A stretch of 64,000 nucleotides of DNA from Octopus vulgaris (Eukaryota), in assembly GCA_951406725.2 (NCBI GenBank), contig OX597837.1, positions 35,836,001 to 35,900,000 on the forward strand. Reading direction: 5' to 3'. The notes under the pieces are model-generated. The model saw nothing but the letters and a program-made list of their open reading frames with translations. It was not told the DNA's origin and did no database searches. Made by a program: the position numbers and the translations under genes. Below, in pieces: positions 37,232 to 56,240 of this stretch. Each line of letters begins with the position of its first letter. The stretch's first letter is position 1.

Positions 37232-37960
37232 AGCAGCTCCCCAGTTGGGAGAAGCAATCCAGATGACCGAGGATGAAAGTTCTCCATTAGAGTAGCATGA
37301 TATCCTTTTTTCTGGTTCTGAATTATCTCAGAATCCATCCAGCTACCCACCTATAGTGTTGCCATTTCGGTAATATGCAGATGGAATATTGCATCATGTG
37401 AATAATTCCCAGGTCACGCGACGACTCTGATTCAGGGATTGTATTACCCCTGATCCTGTGTATTCCAATTGTTGTCTTATTTCATGGGTCGTTAATGGAG
37501 TGCTTGGAACTTCTCAACATTGAACTGCATGTTATTTTCGTCGGTCCATTACATGGAGGTCATTTTGCATAGATGTAACAATTTTGTGCACGCTAGTGTC
37601 ACCGCAGTTGTACCAATTTATATGTAGAAAATAAAAGACAGGAAGAAAATATTATTAGTTGAATTGCGCTTTTGATGTCATTGTTACAATGTAAGATACA
37701 ACTTTGTCAAGTTGTTATACAAAACTTATTTGAAGTTCTGTTATCCATTCCATAGGTAGCTAAAGTCATTTGTGAGTGACTGCTAGAAGACAGGAGGAAA
37801 AAGAAGATAGCGAAAGAGTAAGAGAATCTACCTCTGTGGGTTGACGCATGGTGAGGGTGAAAACTGTATTGTTCTGGATGACAAACCATAGATGAAGGGA
37901 GAAAATCAGAGATGTGCTCTTTGAGGCAGGCGCTCAGCGAAGGAGGTAGAACCAATTTTG
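37232..37960 (-). mobile_element. CR1-clade LINE reverse transcriptase remnant
   Basis: WTDENNMQFNVEKFQAL and ESSRDLGII motifs. Confidence 0.7.
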
Positions 37961-38067
37961 GGTTCTGTATTTATATTTTTCACTAACTGAATTAGATCAG
38001 GCTGAACAAAGGACTTTTCACTTGTTATCTTGTTTGAACCCTATTAACTTTAGAATGTTCACTTGAA

Positions 38068-38340
38068 CAATCATCATCATCGTTGTTTGACCATGGTCGA
38101 GACAATGGAATTTACTATGCTACGCCAGACTTCATGGTCCATCATAGCATTACGGAGGTCCTGTTGCTGGATGCCTGTATCCCTGGAGATTACATCAGGG
38201 TAGGAGAGTGTGCACCCTCTGGTATCAATAGAATTTCACAAAGTGTGACAGTTGACTTCCATAAATTCCTAAGTGCAAGGACCGAGAACAGTAGGAAAAG
38301 AACTGGTTGAAGAATCTAGAGTCAGTTTCGAGTCTTCGGT
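38068..38340 (-). mobile_element. RTE-like LINE 3' end with (GAT)n tail
   Basis: YPDVISRDTG..LRNAMMDHEVWRSIV. Confidence 0.7.
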
Positions 38341-38704
38341 AAGAATCTATGAAGCTATATGCTACACAGACACACGTGCATGCATGCACGGTCACACGCA
38401 TCTGTGCATAGGTGTTCCAGTATACAAAATAGAATTCAAATTGTCAAATACCATGGGTTTCATGCAAATATGAGCTTGAAACCTTTGGAATATATATATA
38501 TATATATCCAACCCATGCTAGCATGGAAAACGGACGCTAAACGACGATGATGATATAATTTATGTGTGTGCATGTTTATATATAACTCTGTGTTGTGTGT
38601 ATTCAGACACACACATTCACATCTATATCCATTTATACTTAACTTCATGTCCCTATCCATGTACATATATATCTATATACGAATCTATGTATGATATATA
38701 TATA

Positions 38705-39070
38705 CTCTTTTACTTGTTTCAGTCATTTGACTGTGGCCATGCTGGAGCACCACCTTTAGTCGAGCAGATCGACCCGAGGACTTATTCTTTGTAAGCCTAG
38801 TACTTATTCTATGGGCCTCTTTTGCCGAACCGCTAAGTTACGGGGACGTAAACACACCAGCATCAGTTGTCAAGCGATGTTGGGGGGACAAACACAGACA
38901 CACAAACATATACACACACACACACATATATATATACATATATACGACGGGCTTCTTTCAGTTTCTGTCTACCAAATCCACTCAAGGCTTTGGTCGGCCC
39001 GAGGCCAAGGTGTCATGCAATGGGACTGAACCTGGAACCATGTGGTTGGTAAGCAAGCTACTTACCACAC
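38705..39070 (-). mobile_element. SINE family A
   Basis: Near full copy with small deletions. Confidence 0.9.
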
Positions 39071-39075
39071 ATATA

Positions 39076-39122
<47 letters not shown>

Positions 39123-39131
39123 ATATATATA

Positions 39132-39240
<109 letters not shown>

Positions 39241-39656
39241 GTTTGTATATACGCGTGTGTGTGTATTTAGCTTGCTTTCTATTTACAAATGAGTCACACA
39301 GAACAGTGAAATTACACAACATATCCAATATATTTTCCAATGAAAATAGAAAACTCTATCAAATTTAATCTCCTTACTTAATTCTGGCAACAATAATCTT
39401 AGAATTTGGCAATTTACAAATGGACTTTTGCAGTTCATAGCACGCACGTATGCACAACTACACACGCAGCCATGCGTACGAAACTAAATAGTTTAGGTAC
39501 ACTAACTTATAATGCTGTAATTATTGGCCAGCTCTGCACTTTAATATACCATCGCTGCATTTAACATCTTGCTTGGTTGAAGTCAGAAAAGTTATGTGTT
39601 CACTTAGCTTGTTCAATGCGGAAGCCATATATGTATATGTGTGTGTGTGTGTGTGT

Positions 39657-40500
<844 letters not shown>

Positions 40501-40821
40501 CAAGCATACATGTATGTATGTATGTTTCGTCGTTCATCTTTTACTTGTTACAGTGTGTGGCCATGCTGGGGCTCCACATTGAAAATTTTAGTCGAACAAA
40601 TCTGCCCCAGTGTTAATTTAAAAAAAAAAAAAACCCGGTGCTTATTCTATCGTATCTTTTGTCGAACCGCTAAGTTACAGGGACACAAAAAAAATGAGCA
40701 CCATTGTCAAATGGTGGTGGAGACCAGAAGCATACCCAGGTTCAAAAATGAGGGGGAATTAAGCACATTTTTAAAGAAAAAGGCGCTGTGACACATACCA
40801 TGCAATTTTAAACTCATTTCT

Positions 40822-41222
40822 CTCTTTTACTCTTTTACTTGTTTCAGTCATTTGACTGTGGCCATGCTGGAGCACTGCCTTTTAGTCGAGCAGATCGACC
40901 CCAGGACTTATTCTTTGTAAGCCTGGTACTTATTCTATCAGTCCCTTTTGCTGAACCGCTAAGTGATGGGGACGTAAACACACCATCATCGGTTGTCAAG
41001 CAATGCTAGGGGGACAAACTCAGACACACACATACATATATATATATACATATATATACGACAGGCTTCTTTCAGTTTCTGTCTACCAAATCCACTCACA
41101 AGGCTTTGGTCGGCCCGAGGCTATAGCAGAAGACACTTGCCCAAGGTGCCATGTAGTGGGACTGAACCCGGAACCATGTGGTTGGTATGCAAGCTACTTA
41201 CCACACAGCCACTCCTACGCCT
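40822..41222 (-). mobile_element. SINE family A
   Basis: Full copy. Confidence 0.9.
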
Positions 41223-41597
41223 TACGCAAAATATTTCATTAGTTATAATATACGTAATTATATTCTACATTAATTAATTTCTTGTTTCAGTAACGATATC
41301 ATTAAGTATAAAATTTAGAGCTACTGGTAGAGGTGTGACATGAAAAGGATGGAACTCCAGGGAATCGTCCAGGGTTGAGAGGTTATGACGCCAGGGTTTG
41401 TTTCGGTTCTTCAGATGTCAGCGGCCACCAATACATCACAGGTGGTTGAACAGACAGTTCGGAAACATGGTAGGCTGGTCAAATAAAGTAAAAACTCCAG
41501 AAAGTTCTTCCAAGGCCATGTGATTAACAAACAGAGAGAGGGGTGGTGGTGGTGGTGGAGAGAGAGTGATTCGACTTATTGCACAGGTGATCTAAAG

Positions 41598-41852
41598 CAG
41601 TAGTTCCCAAAGTAGGTGGTATTACACCTCTGGAGGTGGTGGAAAGTTCCAAGGGGACATTGAAGAAAAGTGGGGTGATAATGGGGTAGAGATTCATGTA
41701 AAAGCAACAAAATAATGGGTTCGTTAGGTTAAGTTTTATTTGTGAAATACAGTTGCTTTGAATTTGTGATGGTTAGTCGGGGTGGGGGGGGCATTAAGAA
41801 TGTAGTCTGGGTGTCAAGGGGGTGGCAGCCCGAAAAAGTTTGGGAACCATTG
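41598..41852. mobile_element. hAT (Charlie-like) MITE
   Basis: CAGTAGTTCCCAAA...TTTGGGAACCATTG; exact 8-bp duplication ATCTAAAG at 41590-41597 and 41853-41860. Confidence 0.92.
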
Positions 41853-42109
41853 ATCTAAAGAGTTTTAAAATGTTGAAAAAGCGCCAATTTTGAAAATTGT
41901 GCTCGTGTGGAGCGGTCGCTCCCTTTGTTCCTCTGTTAGCTACGCCACTGGTTGGGACAAACACAAACACACAGATACACATAAATATATACATATACAA
42001 GAAGCTTCTTTCAGTTTCCGTCTACCAAGGTGTCATGCTGTAGGGCTGAATCGAAGGCCACATGATAGGGAAGCAGGCTTCTCAATCACGATGCCACGCT
42101 GTACGTATA

Positions 42110-42267
42110 CATATGTATGTATGTATGTATGTATGCATGCATGTATGTATGTATGTATGTATGCATTTATGTATGTATATATGTATGTATTTATGCATAT
42201 ATGTATGTATGTATGCATGTATGTATGTATGTATATATGTATGTATGCATGTATGTATGTATGTATG

Positions 42268-42301
<34 letters not shown>

Positions 42302-42419
42302 TGTATGTATGTATGTATGTATGTATATATGCATGTATGCATGTATGTATGTATGTATGTATGTATGCATGCATGCATGTATGTATGTATGTGTGTATGT
42401 ATGCATGTATGTATGTATG

Positions 42420-42453
<34 letters not shown>

Positions 42454-42463
42454 TGTATGTATG

Positions 42464-42497
<34 letters not shown>

Positions 42498-42643
42498 TGT
42501 ATGTATGTATGTATGTATGTATGTATGCATGTATGTATGCATGTATGTATGTATATATGCATGTATGCATGTATGTATGTATGTATGTATGCATGCATGC
42601 ATGTATGTATGTATGTGTGTATGTATGCATGTATGTATGTATG

Positions 42644-42677
<34 letters not shown>

Positions 42678-42713
42678 TGTATGCATGTATGTATGCATGT
42701 ATGTATGTATGTA

Positions 42714-42749
<36 letters not shown>

Positions 42750-42807
42750 TGTATGTATGCATGTATGTATGTATATATGTATGTATATATGTATGTATGT
42801 ATGTATG

Positions 42808-42841
<34 letters not shown>

Positions 42842-42867
42842 TGTATGTATGTATGTGTGTATGTATG

Positions 42868-42944
<77 letters not shown>

Positions 42945-42975
42945 ATATATATGTATGTATGCATGTATGTATGTC
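42110..42975. repeat. (ATGT)n microsatellite
   Basis: Direct reading. Confidence 0.97.
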
Positions 42976-42984
42976 TTCTATTTT

Positions 42985-43300
42985 TTTACTTATTATAAAT
43001 CTTCCACTGAGGAAGGAGCCAGATTCCAAACAAAGATACAAGACTCCATCTTTGGGATGTAGTTAACACAGACGAATTCACATTTGTAACTTGAGAAAAG
43101 TCTTGCATATTTTTACTGTTCCACTTACTGATTGGACTTGTAATATACGAATCAGCCGATCAATTTCTCTTTCTGAAATTCCAGTTCATCCAGATTCTCC
43201 TTTAAGCATTTACTAACAAAACCTAGTGTTCCAATTATTATTGGTATGAATATGAATTCATAGTCTGGATAGAGAAGCTGGAGGTTTCAAAGCAGTTGTC
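42985..43300 (-). mobile_element. 3' end of a restriction-like-endonuclease non-LTR element (R4/Dong-like or related)
   Basis: YPDYEFIFIPIIIGTLGFV...LQVQSVSGTVKICKTFL*. Confidence 0.65.
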
Positions 43301-43641
43301 CATAGATATGTATGTATGTATGTTTGTATGTGTGTAAAATACAAAATGGGACAAGAACGCAAAACATCCGGACAACTAGGTGATACAAAAAGGGACAACA
43401 AATCATCCCGATAGACGATACAAAAAAAACAGGGATAGATCATTCGAAGCTTTCTATCCTCAGTCAAGAACCGGATCATCCTCGCAATTTCGGTTGATTA
43501 ATCTTGAGATTGCTCCAATCTGTCCAGCCCCAAGGAAAAACTAAGCTAAGAGCATTAGCTTCCTTGGAAGAAAGCATCGAATGTTTATGAAAACTAGGAC
43601 GGAAAAACAGACGATGTTACACGAATATAAATACAAAATAC

Positions 43642-43693
<52 letters not shown>

Positions 43694-43770
43694 GGACATA
43701 ACAACAGGCGTCTTTCGACTGGGGACGAATTGAATTCAGCTGGCGTTTGTGGAAATGAAGCCTTACAGCA

Positions 43771-44768
43771 GTATGTATGTATGTATTGTCTAGATGATCA
43801 GATGCTGTTACACACCGCTGGTCACAATGCGCTTCCAATTCTGTTTCGGTTGTGCCATTCTGTTCCATCTTGACGCTAATTGAATAACCAGATCGTCACC
43901 CCATCGTCGTTGAAGATTTCCAAGTGATTTCCCCACCACCCGATCTCTTGTATACCACACAGCAACTGCAATGGGTCCGTCTGTTGTATGTGAACCTCGT
44001 GACATGTCCAGCGAAGCAGAACTTGTGCTTCCGGTACTCTGCGATCACATCGTTCACTCTGATCCATTCTCGAAGTATCTCATTTCGTGTATGCTCTCTT
44101 AATGATGTTCCTAGTATGGATCTATCCATGGCACTTTGAACCGGATCCAATCGATGTTATTTCTTCTTCGTAGTAACCCACGTCTCACTTGCGTATAACA
44201 ACGCAGATAAGACGGTGTTGAAGAGTCTGGTCTGCATGACATTGTCTAGTTTTGTTTTGAGGGCATCCTTTATTGATTTAAAGCATTCCGTCCTGCTCTT
44301 ATTCCCTTTGAGGTTTCAGTATCCATATCTTGGTGCATACTCACTGTGTGTCTGAAATAGACGTGTTCCTTTACCTTCTCGAGTTCATCACTTCCTACCT
44401 CTGTTCGGCTTCGTGCTACGTCTTCCGACCGCATATATTTAGTTTTCGTATGGTTCATTTTAAGAGCTCTGAATGTCCAGCCCTGTCAGAAGGTCTGCAG
44501 CTGGTCTGTAGCCCCAGCAAAGAGTACAATGTCATCTGCAAATCGGAGGTGTGTTAGTTGCTTGCCATTGATGTTCTCACCAACTCCAGTCAAGTCTTTG
44601 TTGATCATTTCTAGACGTGCGTTAAAGAGCTTTGGAGAGATGCTATCTCCTTGCTTGACACCTTTCTCAATTGGGATCCTTACTAGTCGTGACAGCAGAG
44701 CTATATCTGCTGTGCATCCAGAGTTCATATCTCTCAGCAGTCTCATATATTGCGCCTCGATACCTCAA
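43771..44768 (-). mobile_element. RTE-clade LINE 3' portion (RT to tail)
   Basis: KGVKQGDSISPKLF, HLRFADDIVL, NHTKTKYM and AMDRSILG motifs; (ACAT)n tail at 43771-43785. Confidence 0.92.
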
Positions 44769-45680
44769 TGAGGACCGCAATTTGCTGGTCCAAAAAATTA
44801 AAATCTGCATATCGAAAGCAAAAACTACAAGCCAGCGGGAGCATGCCGAAAGAATCTCAGAGGAGACGAAGAAAATACTAGAGAAACGGAAAACTATGAA
44901 GAGGAACATGAAAGATCATGTTGAGTATTCCATTCTCTGCAAAGCGATCAAACAACATATAAGAAATGACTTCGAGAATTATGGTTTGAAGAAATTGATG
45001 CAGGTTACAGAGGAAAGGAAAAGTTTAGAAAGATGTAGAAGAGGGCTGGCTCTTAAGAATAGGACGGGCTCAGTGTAACGAACAAAGGGGAGATGGAAGA
45101 GGTATACAAAACCTTCTACACCAACCTTTTAAAACCACTAGTGAAGCTCGATTCCTCACTGCCACGAATGCTGGAAGAAGTGCCACCTATTCTGATCAGT
45201 GAAACTGAAAATGCTCCCAAACTGATGAAAACAGACAAAGCTCCTCGGAAAGATGGCATCACAACAGAGATGTAAAGATGTGGAAGTGAAAAGCTGTGGA
45301 GGGTCCTTGTTCTACGCTTCAATCGTTACCAGAAGGAGAGTAAAATAGCCTCACCGTGGAAAGAGTTAAATACCATCCTGCTTCATTAGAAGGGTGGTGA
45401 AGATTTAAAAAGTATCCTTCCATATGCCTCATCGCTCACCTCTACAAGCTGTTTATAAAGGTCAAAGTCATCAGACTGTCTAAACATCTTGATGATCAAC
45501 AGTTGAGAGAGAAAGAGCAAGCAAGTTTCCGCAGGAATTATGGTATGAAAGATCATATATTCACTCTTACACAGCTCATAGAACATGCGAACGAATACAA
45601 GCTTCCTCTGTGTAACGCTCTTGTTGATTATGAAAAGGCCTTCCATAACGATGAGATGAATTTAGCATTGAAATCTCTAG
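44769..45680 (+). mobile_element. RTE-clade LINE upstream portion, inverted
   Basis: KAPRKDGITTEM and EQASFRRNYGMKDHIFTL..LVDYEKAF motifs. Confidence 0.9.
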
Positions 45681-46689
45681 GTGCACACCTACCCCCCCCA
45701 CACGCACGCACACAAATATGTATTCATATATCGTATTTAACAGTTGATAGGGTGACCCCATTTTAAAAATTTTATATCTAAGTCCCAAACAAGGCAAGGA
45801 GTCAGCAAGTGTAGACTGACCATGAAGAAGGAGAAATTAAGAGGAAAAAGATGAATTTAGTTTAAACTTTGAAAGAGTCATAAGGAGACAGAAAATAATG
45901 AACCGGAAAAGCGCCCCAAAGATTATACAGCATGGAATATATCAGGGCAATCTCCTTTGTTTTTCCTACAAAGAGAATAGCATGGTGTATTTACGTCTGT
46001 TTAAATTTCGACAACAAATGACGTTACATTAAATTTACTTTAGATTTTCTAACGATACACGCCATGTTGAACCTTAAACATTTATTTATACTAAATCACA
46101 CAAATATGTCTTCCTTCCCCCACCCCACCCCACCTCCTGTCTGCTCAAGTATTCTGTGTTTAACTATAAACACTTTCAGTTCGCACCATTTCACTCTGAT
46201 CCCTGACCCCTAACCCTTAAACCCTAACCCCTGACCCACAGTCAACGCAAAACCCTTCCTTCTAAGCCCTCCCCTCCTAAACAACATTCCAAGAAGTCTT
46301 TTGTTTCGTCCATCCCCCGTCTACCCCTTCTCATCCTAACCCCGCCGCCTGTCCCCCATACTGCACTTTATAACTCTCTTCACTTGTCTATTTGTCCCAT
46401 ACACTCCAACATAATTACATCGCTTTCATTATCTCTCTCTTCTTTATGATTAAACATTATTTAGTATCAAATATTTTATCCACACCTTCTTCCCCGTCAT
46501 CACCTGTTCTATCAACACGTTTTGTCTTCCCTTAAATTGTCTCCATATTACTTTTAACCCCGTCAGTTTTTTTTTCTTTTCTTTTCCTTGTAAGATACGA
46601 AGGGACGGTTGTGAAATATCTTTCACCTTTACTCCGGTGTATGGTTTGCTATAAATACAAGAAATTTGAGATATGTGTGCGAATGTATA

Positions 46690-47251
46690 CTCTTTACTCT
46701 TTTACTTGTTTCAGTCATTCTGATTGTGGCCATGCTGGAGCACCGCCATTAGTCGAGCAAATCGACCCCATGACTTATTCTTTGTAAGCCTAGTACTTAT
46801 TCTATCGGTCTCTTTTGCCGAACCGCTAAGCATCGGTTGTCAAGCGATGTTGGGGGGGGGGGGGACAAACACAGACTCACAAACATACACACACACATAC
46901 ATATATATATATACATACATACGACGGGCTTTGGGCGGCCCGCGGCTATAATAGAAGACACTTGCCCAAGGTGCCACGCAGTGGGACTGAACCCAGAACC
47001 ATGTGGTTGGTAAGCAAGCTACTTACCACACAGTCACTCCTGCGCCTATATATGTATATATATTCATGTGTGTGTTTATGTGTGTGTGTGTGCATACTCA
47101 GGCGCAGAGGTGGTTGTAGGTTTAAAAGTCTCGTTTTGCAATCAGGTCGGTTTCACGTTCAGTTCCAATACGGAACTTTGGACAAAGCGTCTTCTACTAT
47201 AAGTCCCTGGGGTCGACCAATGCCTTGTGAGTGAAATTTGTAGACTGGAAC

Positions 47252-47298
<47 letters not shown>

Positions 47299-47645
47299 CT
47301 TCTGAAGAAGAGCGTAGGCTCGAAACGTAAAAGACTTTTTCTATTCCTGAGCGTTATACTAATACATTGTTTGTTTTGTACACCACCTGTCTTAGTCTTT
47401 TGTTTTTTTCGTAAAATCTCCCTATATATATATATACATACATAATGTTTGTGTCTGTGTTTGTCCCCCGACCCTGACATCACCGCCTGACAATCGGTGT
47501 TGGTGTGTTTACATCCTTGTAACTTAGCGGTTCGGCGAAAGAAACCGATAGAATAAGTACTAGGGGATCGATGTGTTCGACTAAAAACTATTCGGTGTGG
47601 TGCTCCAGCATGGCCGCAGTCAAATGACTGAAACAAGTAAAAGTA
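46690..47645. mobile_element. Divergent pair of family A SINEs (46690-47046 minus; 47098-47645 plus, carrying a Penelope-like insert at 47298-47422)
   Basis: Shared family motifs. Confidence 0.85.
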
Positions 47646-47843
47646 TGTATATAAAAAAGGAATATATCTTACACTTTTTATCTTTTACTTGTTTCAGTCA
47701 TTAGACTGAGGCCATATATGTTTCTCTGTGTCTGTGTGTGTGGGACATATGCTCGTAGCTTAACAACGAGAGTCTTCACCGTAAAGGGAAACATCCGAAG
47801 TTAAAGAACACACTTCTTAGCAAATCCGAATCCAAATCAAACC

Positions 47844-48073
47844 TATTTCTTTATTACCCACAAGGGGCTAAACACAGAGGGGACAAACAAGGACAGACAT
47901 AGGTATTAAGTCGATTGCATCGACCCCAGTGCGTAACTGGTACTTAATTTATCGACCCCGAAAGGATGAAAGGCAAAGTTGACCTCGGCGGAATTTGAAC
48001 TCACAACGTAACGCAGACGAAATACCGCTAAGCATTTCGCCCGGCGTGCTAACGATTCTGCCAGCTCGCCGCC
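47844..48073 (-). mobile_element. SINE family B
   Basis: Full, CpG-intact copy. Confidence 0.92.
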
Positions 48074-49234
48074 TTGGTCTTGGCTTCCATTGAAGTCTCG
48101 TCAGAATGCATTTTCTTCACAACGTGACTCTTTATACGTTTATTATGCATATATATAGCGGCAGGCATAAATACTCCATCAATTCCTCTCACGGCTGAAA
48201 GGGTGTATGTGAAAACTATTTGCCAAATTTTATAGACGGAACGATGTAACTCGGTTTAAACAGCCGATCAGAAATCCGTTGTTTCTGTTCTCCTTTTAAT
48301 CAATGCACGCCGCCAACTGTGCACCTTTAATGTAAGAAAGATTATTCCACTGTTTGGGCTTTTCGTACTCACTATTTACCAATGATTACCATTAGCTGTT
48401 CTCTGGGATTCAACTGTTTTACGGTATTTGTCGCCCGCTTTGCAGCCAACTCTGAACCGTGCACCTAAGAGGAACCCTTTCTTAAATCCCTCCCCCATTC
48501 ACCTGGTATACCATTACATACACACTAAACGTAAACATGAAAATATCCGGTCACTTCAAGTTAACAAGACCAGCGGTCCTGTCATTGTCATTTCTGTTAC
48601 CTTCAAACCATACACTGCAGAGCTAACGCTACGTCCCAACTCTTCTCCTGTCCTACATTTTCTTCCTTTCTTCTGCCTACCCACTGCCCCCACCCCTTAG
48701 GATTATATCCCGATATTTGGAAATCTCACACATTGAGTTGTTGAGTTGCGATTCATTTATCAATATGTCGGAACGAATATACGTGCTGCGCATACTTATC
48801 TTTAAAAGATCCCTCTCTGATACCAATGTAAACATTTTTTTTCTCAGCAACATCTACAGGGACCAGATTCACACAACATGCAAACTGTCATTGTGAATCT
48901 CATATCTTAAAGAGGGAAGTATGTGATGTTACTACCGATATACTGAGGTGACGAGTTTGGAATGTCTCTGAGAGGAACTTCTTTTTTCTTTTTATTTATT
49001 GATCCTGGTTATGGCAATAGTCAGATATTAAGTATACAGCTGTAACTTACTTTGATATTATTTTTATTGAAAGTTTTGTGATAAGAATGATGATTGTGTA
49101 CGAAATACCGATGTATGAGATATAGAAAGCTTGAAGCTATATCGGATGCTACATTTTAAACAGAGGGGTGGGACTAGGGCGGAGATGAAGTTGAATACAT
49201 CTATGTTTCTGGATTTCTCACCTTGTACCTATAT

Positions 49235-53150
<3,916 letters not shown>

Positions 53151-53299
53151 TACACAGGGTCACGTGGGTGAGATAAGTGTACGCGTTCGATTTTAATCGA
53201 TATGGTCAGATATCAGATCATGGTGATATTCATATCGATTATAGCAAGTGTAGCTTCCAGCAAAGGTTGGCGATTGTGTTCGGGGTGGATGGATAACGG

Positions 53300-54860
53300 A
53301 AAAACTGGGTGATTGAATGGCAGGATATACGGGTGGATGGGTAAATAATACAAGCGAGAATGTATGGGGGGTAGGCTAGTATTAAGGGTGGATGGGTAGA
53401 TAGTAGAGGTGAGAATGTATTAGGGGTAGGTGGGTGATAGATGTACGGGTGGATGGGTAGATAGTAGTAGTGAGGATGTATTAGGGGTAGGCTAGTATTA
53501 AGGGTTGATAGAAAGTATGAGTGGATGGGTTGATAGTAGAGGTGAGAATGTATTAGGGGTAGGTGGGTGATAGATATACGGGTGGATGGGTAGATAGTAG
53601 TAGTGAGGATGTATTAGGGGTAGAGGGTAATGGTGTTAGTACGTAGTTGTGGATTGATAAAAAAGCAGGGGTGGATATACGGGTGGATGGGTAGGTAGTA
53701 CAAGCGAGAGTGTAGAGGGGTAGGCCAGTTTTAGGGGTTGATAGAAAGTAGAGGTGGATATGCGGGTGGATGGTAGGTAGTAGATGTGAGAATGTATTAG
53801 GGGTAGGTGGGTGATAAGGATAGGTGGGTAAAGGGCGTTGGTGGATGACAAGGGTAGGTTAGTGTTAGGGGTTTGACAGAATGTTGGTGTGAATATACGG
53901 GTGGATGGGAAGATTGTAGAGGTGAGAATGTATTAGGGGTAGGTAGGTAGGTGATAAGGGTAGGTCAGTATTAACTGGTTAAAAGAAAGTAAGGCGGATA
54001 GATATTAAGGGTGGCTAAGAATTAGTGGGCGGGTAGATAAGTGGATGTAGTTCGGGATTAGGGATCGGTTAGGAGATAAGTAGATAGTAGGGTGCATAGA
54101 CAGTAGGGCTGGATAGGTATTGTGGTGGAAAGAACTTCAGGGTGGATAGATTGTAGGGCCAGGTGGGTAGATAATAGGGATGGACGCACTAGCGTAGCTA
54201 GTGTGTGTGCCGCCCGGGGTGGCCCTTTTGTTTTCCACCCCTGGACCCCAAAAAACAAACACCTATTGCTTACAGCAGATCCCAAAGTGCCGCCCCTTTA
54301 AAAGTACCACCCGGGTTGGACCGCCCCCATCGTTAGTGGATGGACAAATTGTTGGGGTGGGTAGAGGGTCGAAGAAGGAATAGATGAGTGGTTGACTGGA
54401 TGGATATTTGGGTGGGTGCGTTTACGGGAATGTGAGTCGACTGGTGTTTGATTGGGTGGACATCTAAATATGCGGGTAGAATAGTGGGTAGATATCTAAG
54501 TATGCGGGTAGATAAATGGTTGAGGATATTGACATCTGGATAGATAGGTAGTTGAGTGGGTGGATGAGAGCTGGGTAGATAGGTGATTGAGTGGGTGGAT
54601 GTCTGGGTATGTGGGTGGTTGAGTTATTGGACATCTGAGTCAACTGGTATTCAGAAAGCTAGGGGTGGATGAGTGGCTTGTTATCTGGGATGGGGTTGGT
54701 AGCTGGATGTGTGGGTGTGTGGGTAGTAGGGCGGCCGGGTGTTTAAGTGTAATTGGATATCAGGGTGGTTTGGTGTGAGGATGGCTATACATCCGGGAAG
54801 GATTGGGTGGTAGAAATGCTGGATATTTGGGTGCGAGGGTGGCTGAGAAGCAGGGTGGCA
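53300..54860. repeat. Degenerate G-rich minisatellite (GGGTGGATGGGTAGATAGTAGAGGTGAGAATGTATTAGGGGTAGG)
   Basis: Units of roughly 60 bp, decaying rightwards. Confidence 0.8.
54187..54338. mobile_element. hAT-like MITE
   Basis: CACTAGCG...CGTTAGTG termini; duplication GATGGACG/GATGGACA (7 of 8 match). Confidence 0.7.
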
Positions 54861-55899
54861 TTGCAGTAGAGGGACATCGTCGTCATCATCATCATCGTCA
54901 TCATCATCGTCATCATCGTCATCATCATCGTCATCATCATCGTCGTCATCATCATTATCAGGTGCATCATTATAATCACCAGAACCATCGCCGCCACCGG
55001 CCGCTGACGTCGTCGTCAACAACGCCACCGCCACCACCACCACCAACAACAACAAACAACAGCAGCAACAACACCAACAATACCATTTATCATCATCGTC
55101 GTCGTCACTCTTCTACCCTTATCTTCCTCTCCATCGTCATCATCATCATGATCATCATCATAATGTTCATAATCACCATCATCATCATCGTCATCGTCGT
55201 CATCATCATCGCTTCCAATGATTTATCTGACTATCAATCACTCCTGTATAACCATATCTTCTTTCCTTTCGTTGTCTCTCCATTACACTCTCTCTCGCAC
55301 CCACCCACACACAAACGGCAAAATGCTCTTCGTTTGAGTCCAATACAAAAATCATTGGACAGGCTTCCACAGTTTCCCTTTATCCAATTTCACTCCCCGA
55401 CCTCACCAAGGTTCATTTCGACCTGGAACTATAATAAACGACGCTTGGAATGAAACCGAGGACCTCATGACTACGAAACAAACTTCCTAAACATTCGGCT
55501 ACCCAGTGGCCCTTAAGCATCCTTCTGGCGGCCCCCGACGGCCTTTCCTCTATAAATATAATTGTTTCTTTAATCTTACGATCTTGGTGCTGACACCCTA
55601 ACCACTAAGCCACGCGCCTCCACACACACACACACATATATATATAATTTTAATTATGGCTAATGAGTCCTCATTACTCCCAAGAAAGTAATTTATCCCG
55701 GTTCGCCGACCCCTCATTTAGAGAAAGGCTGATTATTTCTTAGCAGACTGAGCAACCACAGAGAGGTTTCCACGTTGGTTTACGCCTCTTGTTCAAGACA
55801 GCGTCCTGACAATGGAGATATTTCTTCGTTAGTTCATAGGACCTGCTTACTGAGTGATTTGGTCGCCTAAATTATGTGGTTGTCCTATTGTTGGTTTTA

Positions 55900-56240
55900 T
55901 TCGAAAGTCCCAAACAAGACGAGAAGTCACTTAACGTAAGAGACTACGAAAATGGAAAGAATGTATTTACTTAGAACTTGAAAGAGTTCAGGCAATAAGA
56001 AGGGGGAGAAAAAAACCACTGAGATGGAAGAAAGTTCCAAAGTCTGGCAGTTCGAGGGGAAAAGTTACGATCGTAGAAAGATTTCCTTATTCGTGAAAGC
56101 CATAGGCATTTGGATGAAGATGCTGTGAGTTTCGAGTCAGTCAAGATGGCAGAATGGGATCCGAAACTAAAAGAGAAAGTTCATCAGAACACTTTTCTGA
56201 TGCATCCGTGTCACCCTTCATCACTTAACGACCATTATGA
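55900..56240 (-). mobile_element. CR1/L2 LINE 3' remnant
   Basis: FSPRTARLWNFLP. The GTCCCAAACAAG end is shared with a similar remnant at about 45782-45990. Confidence 0.6.
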
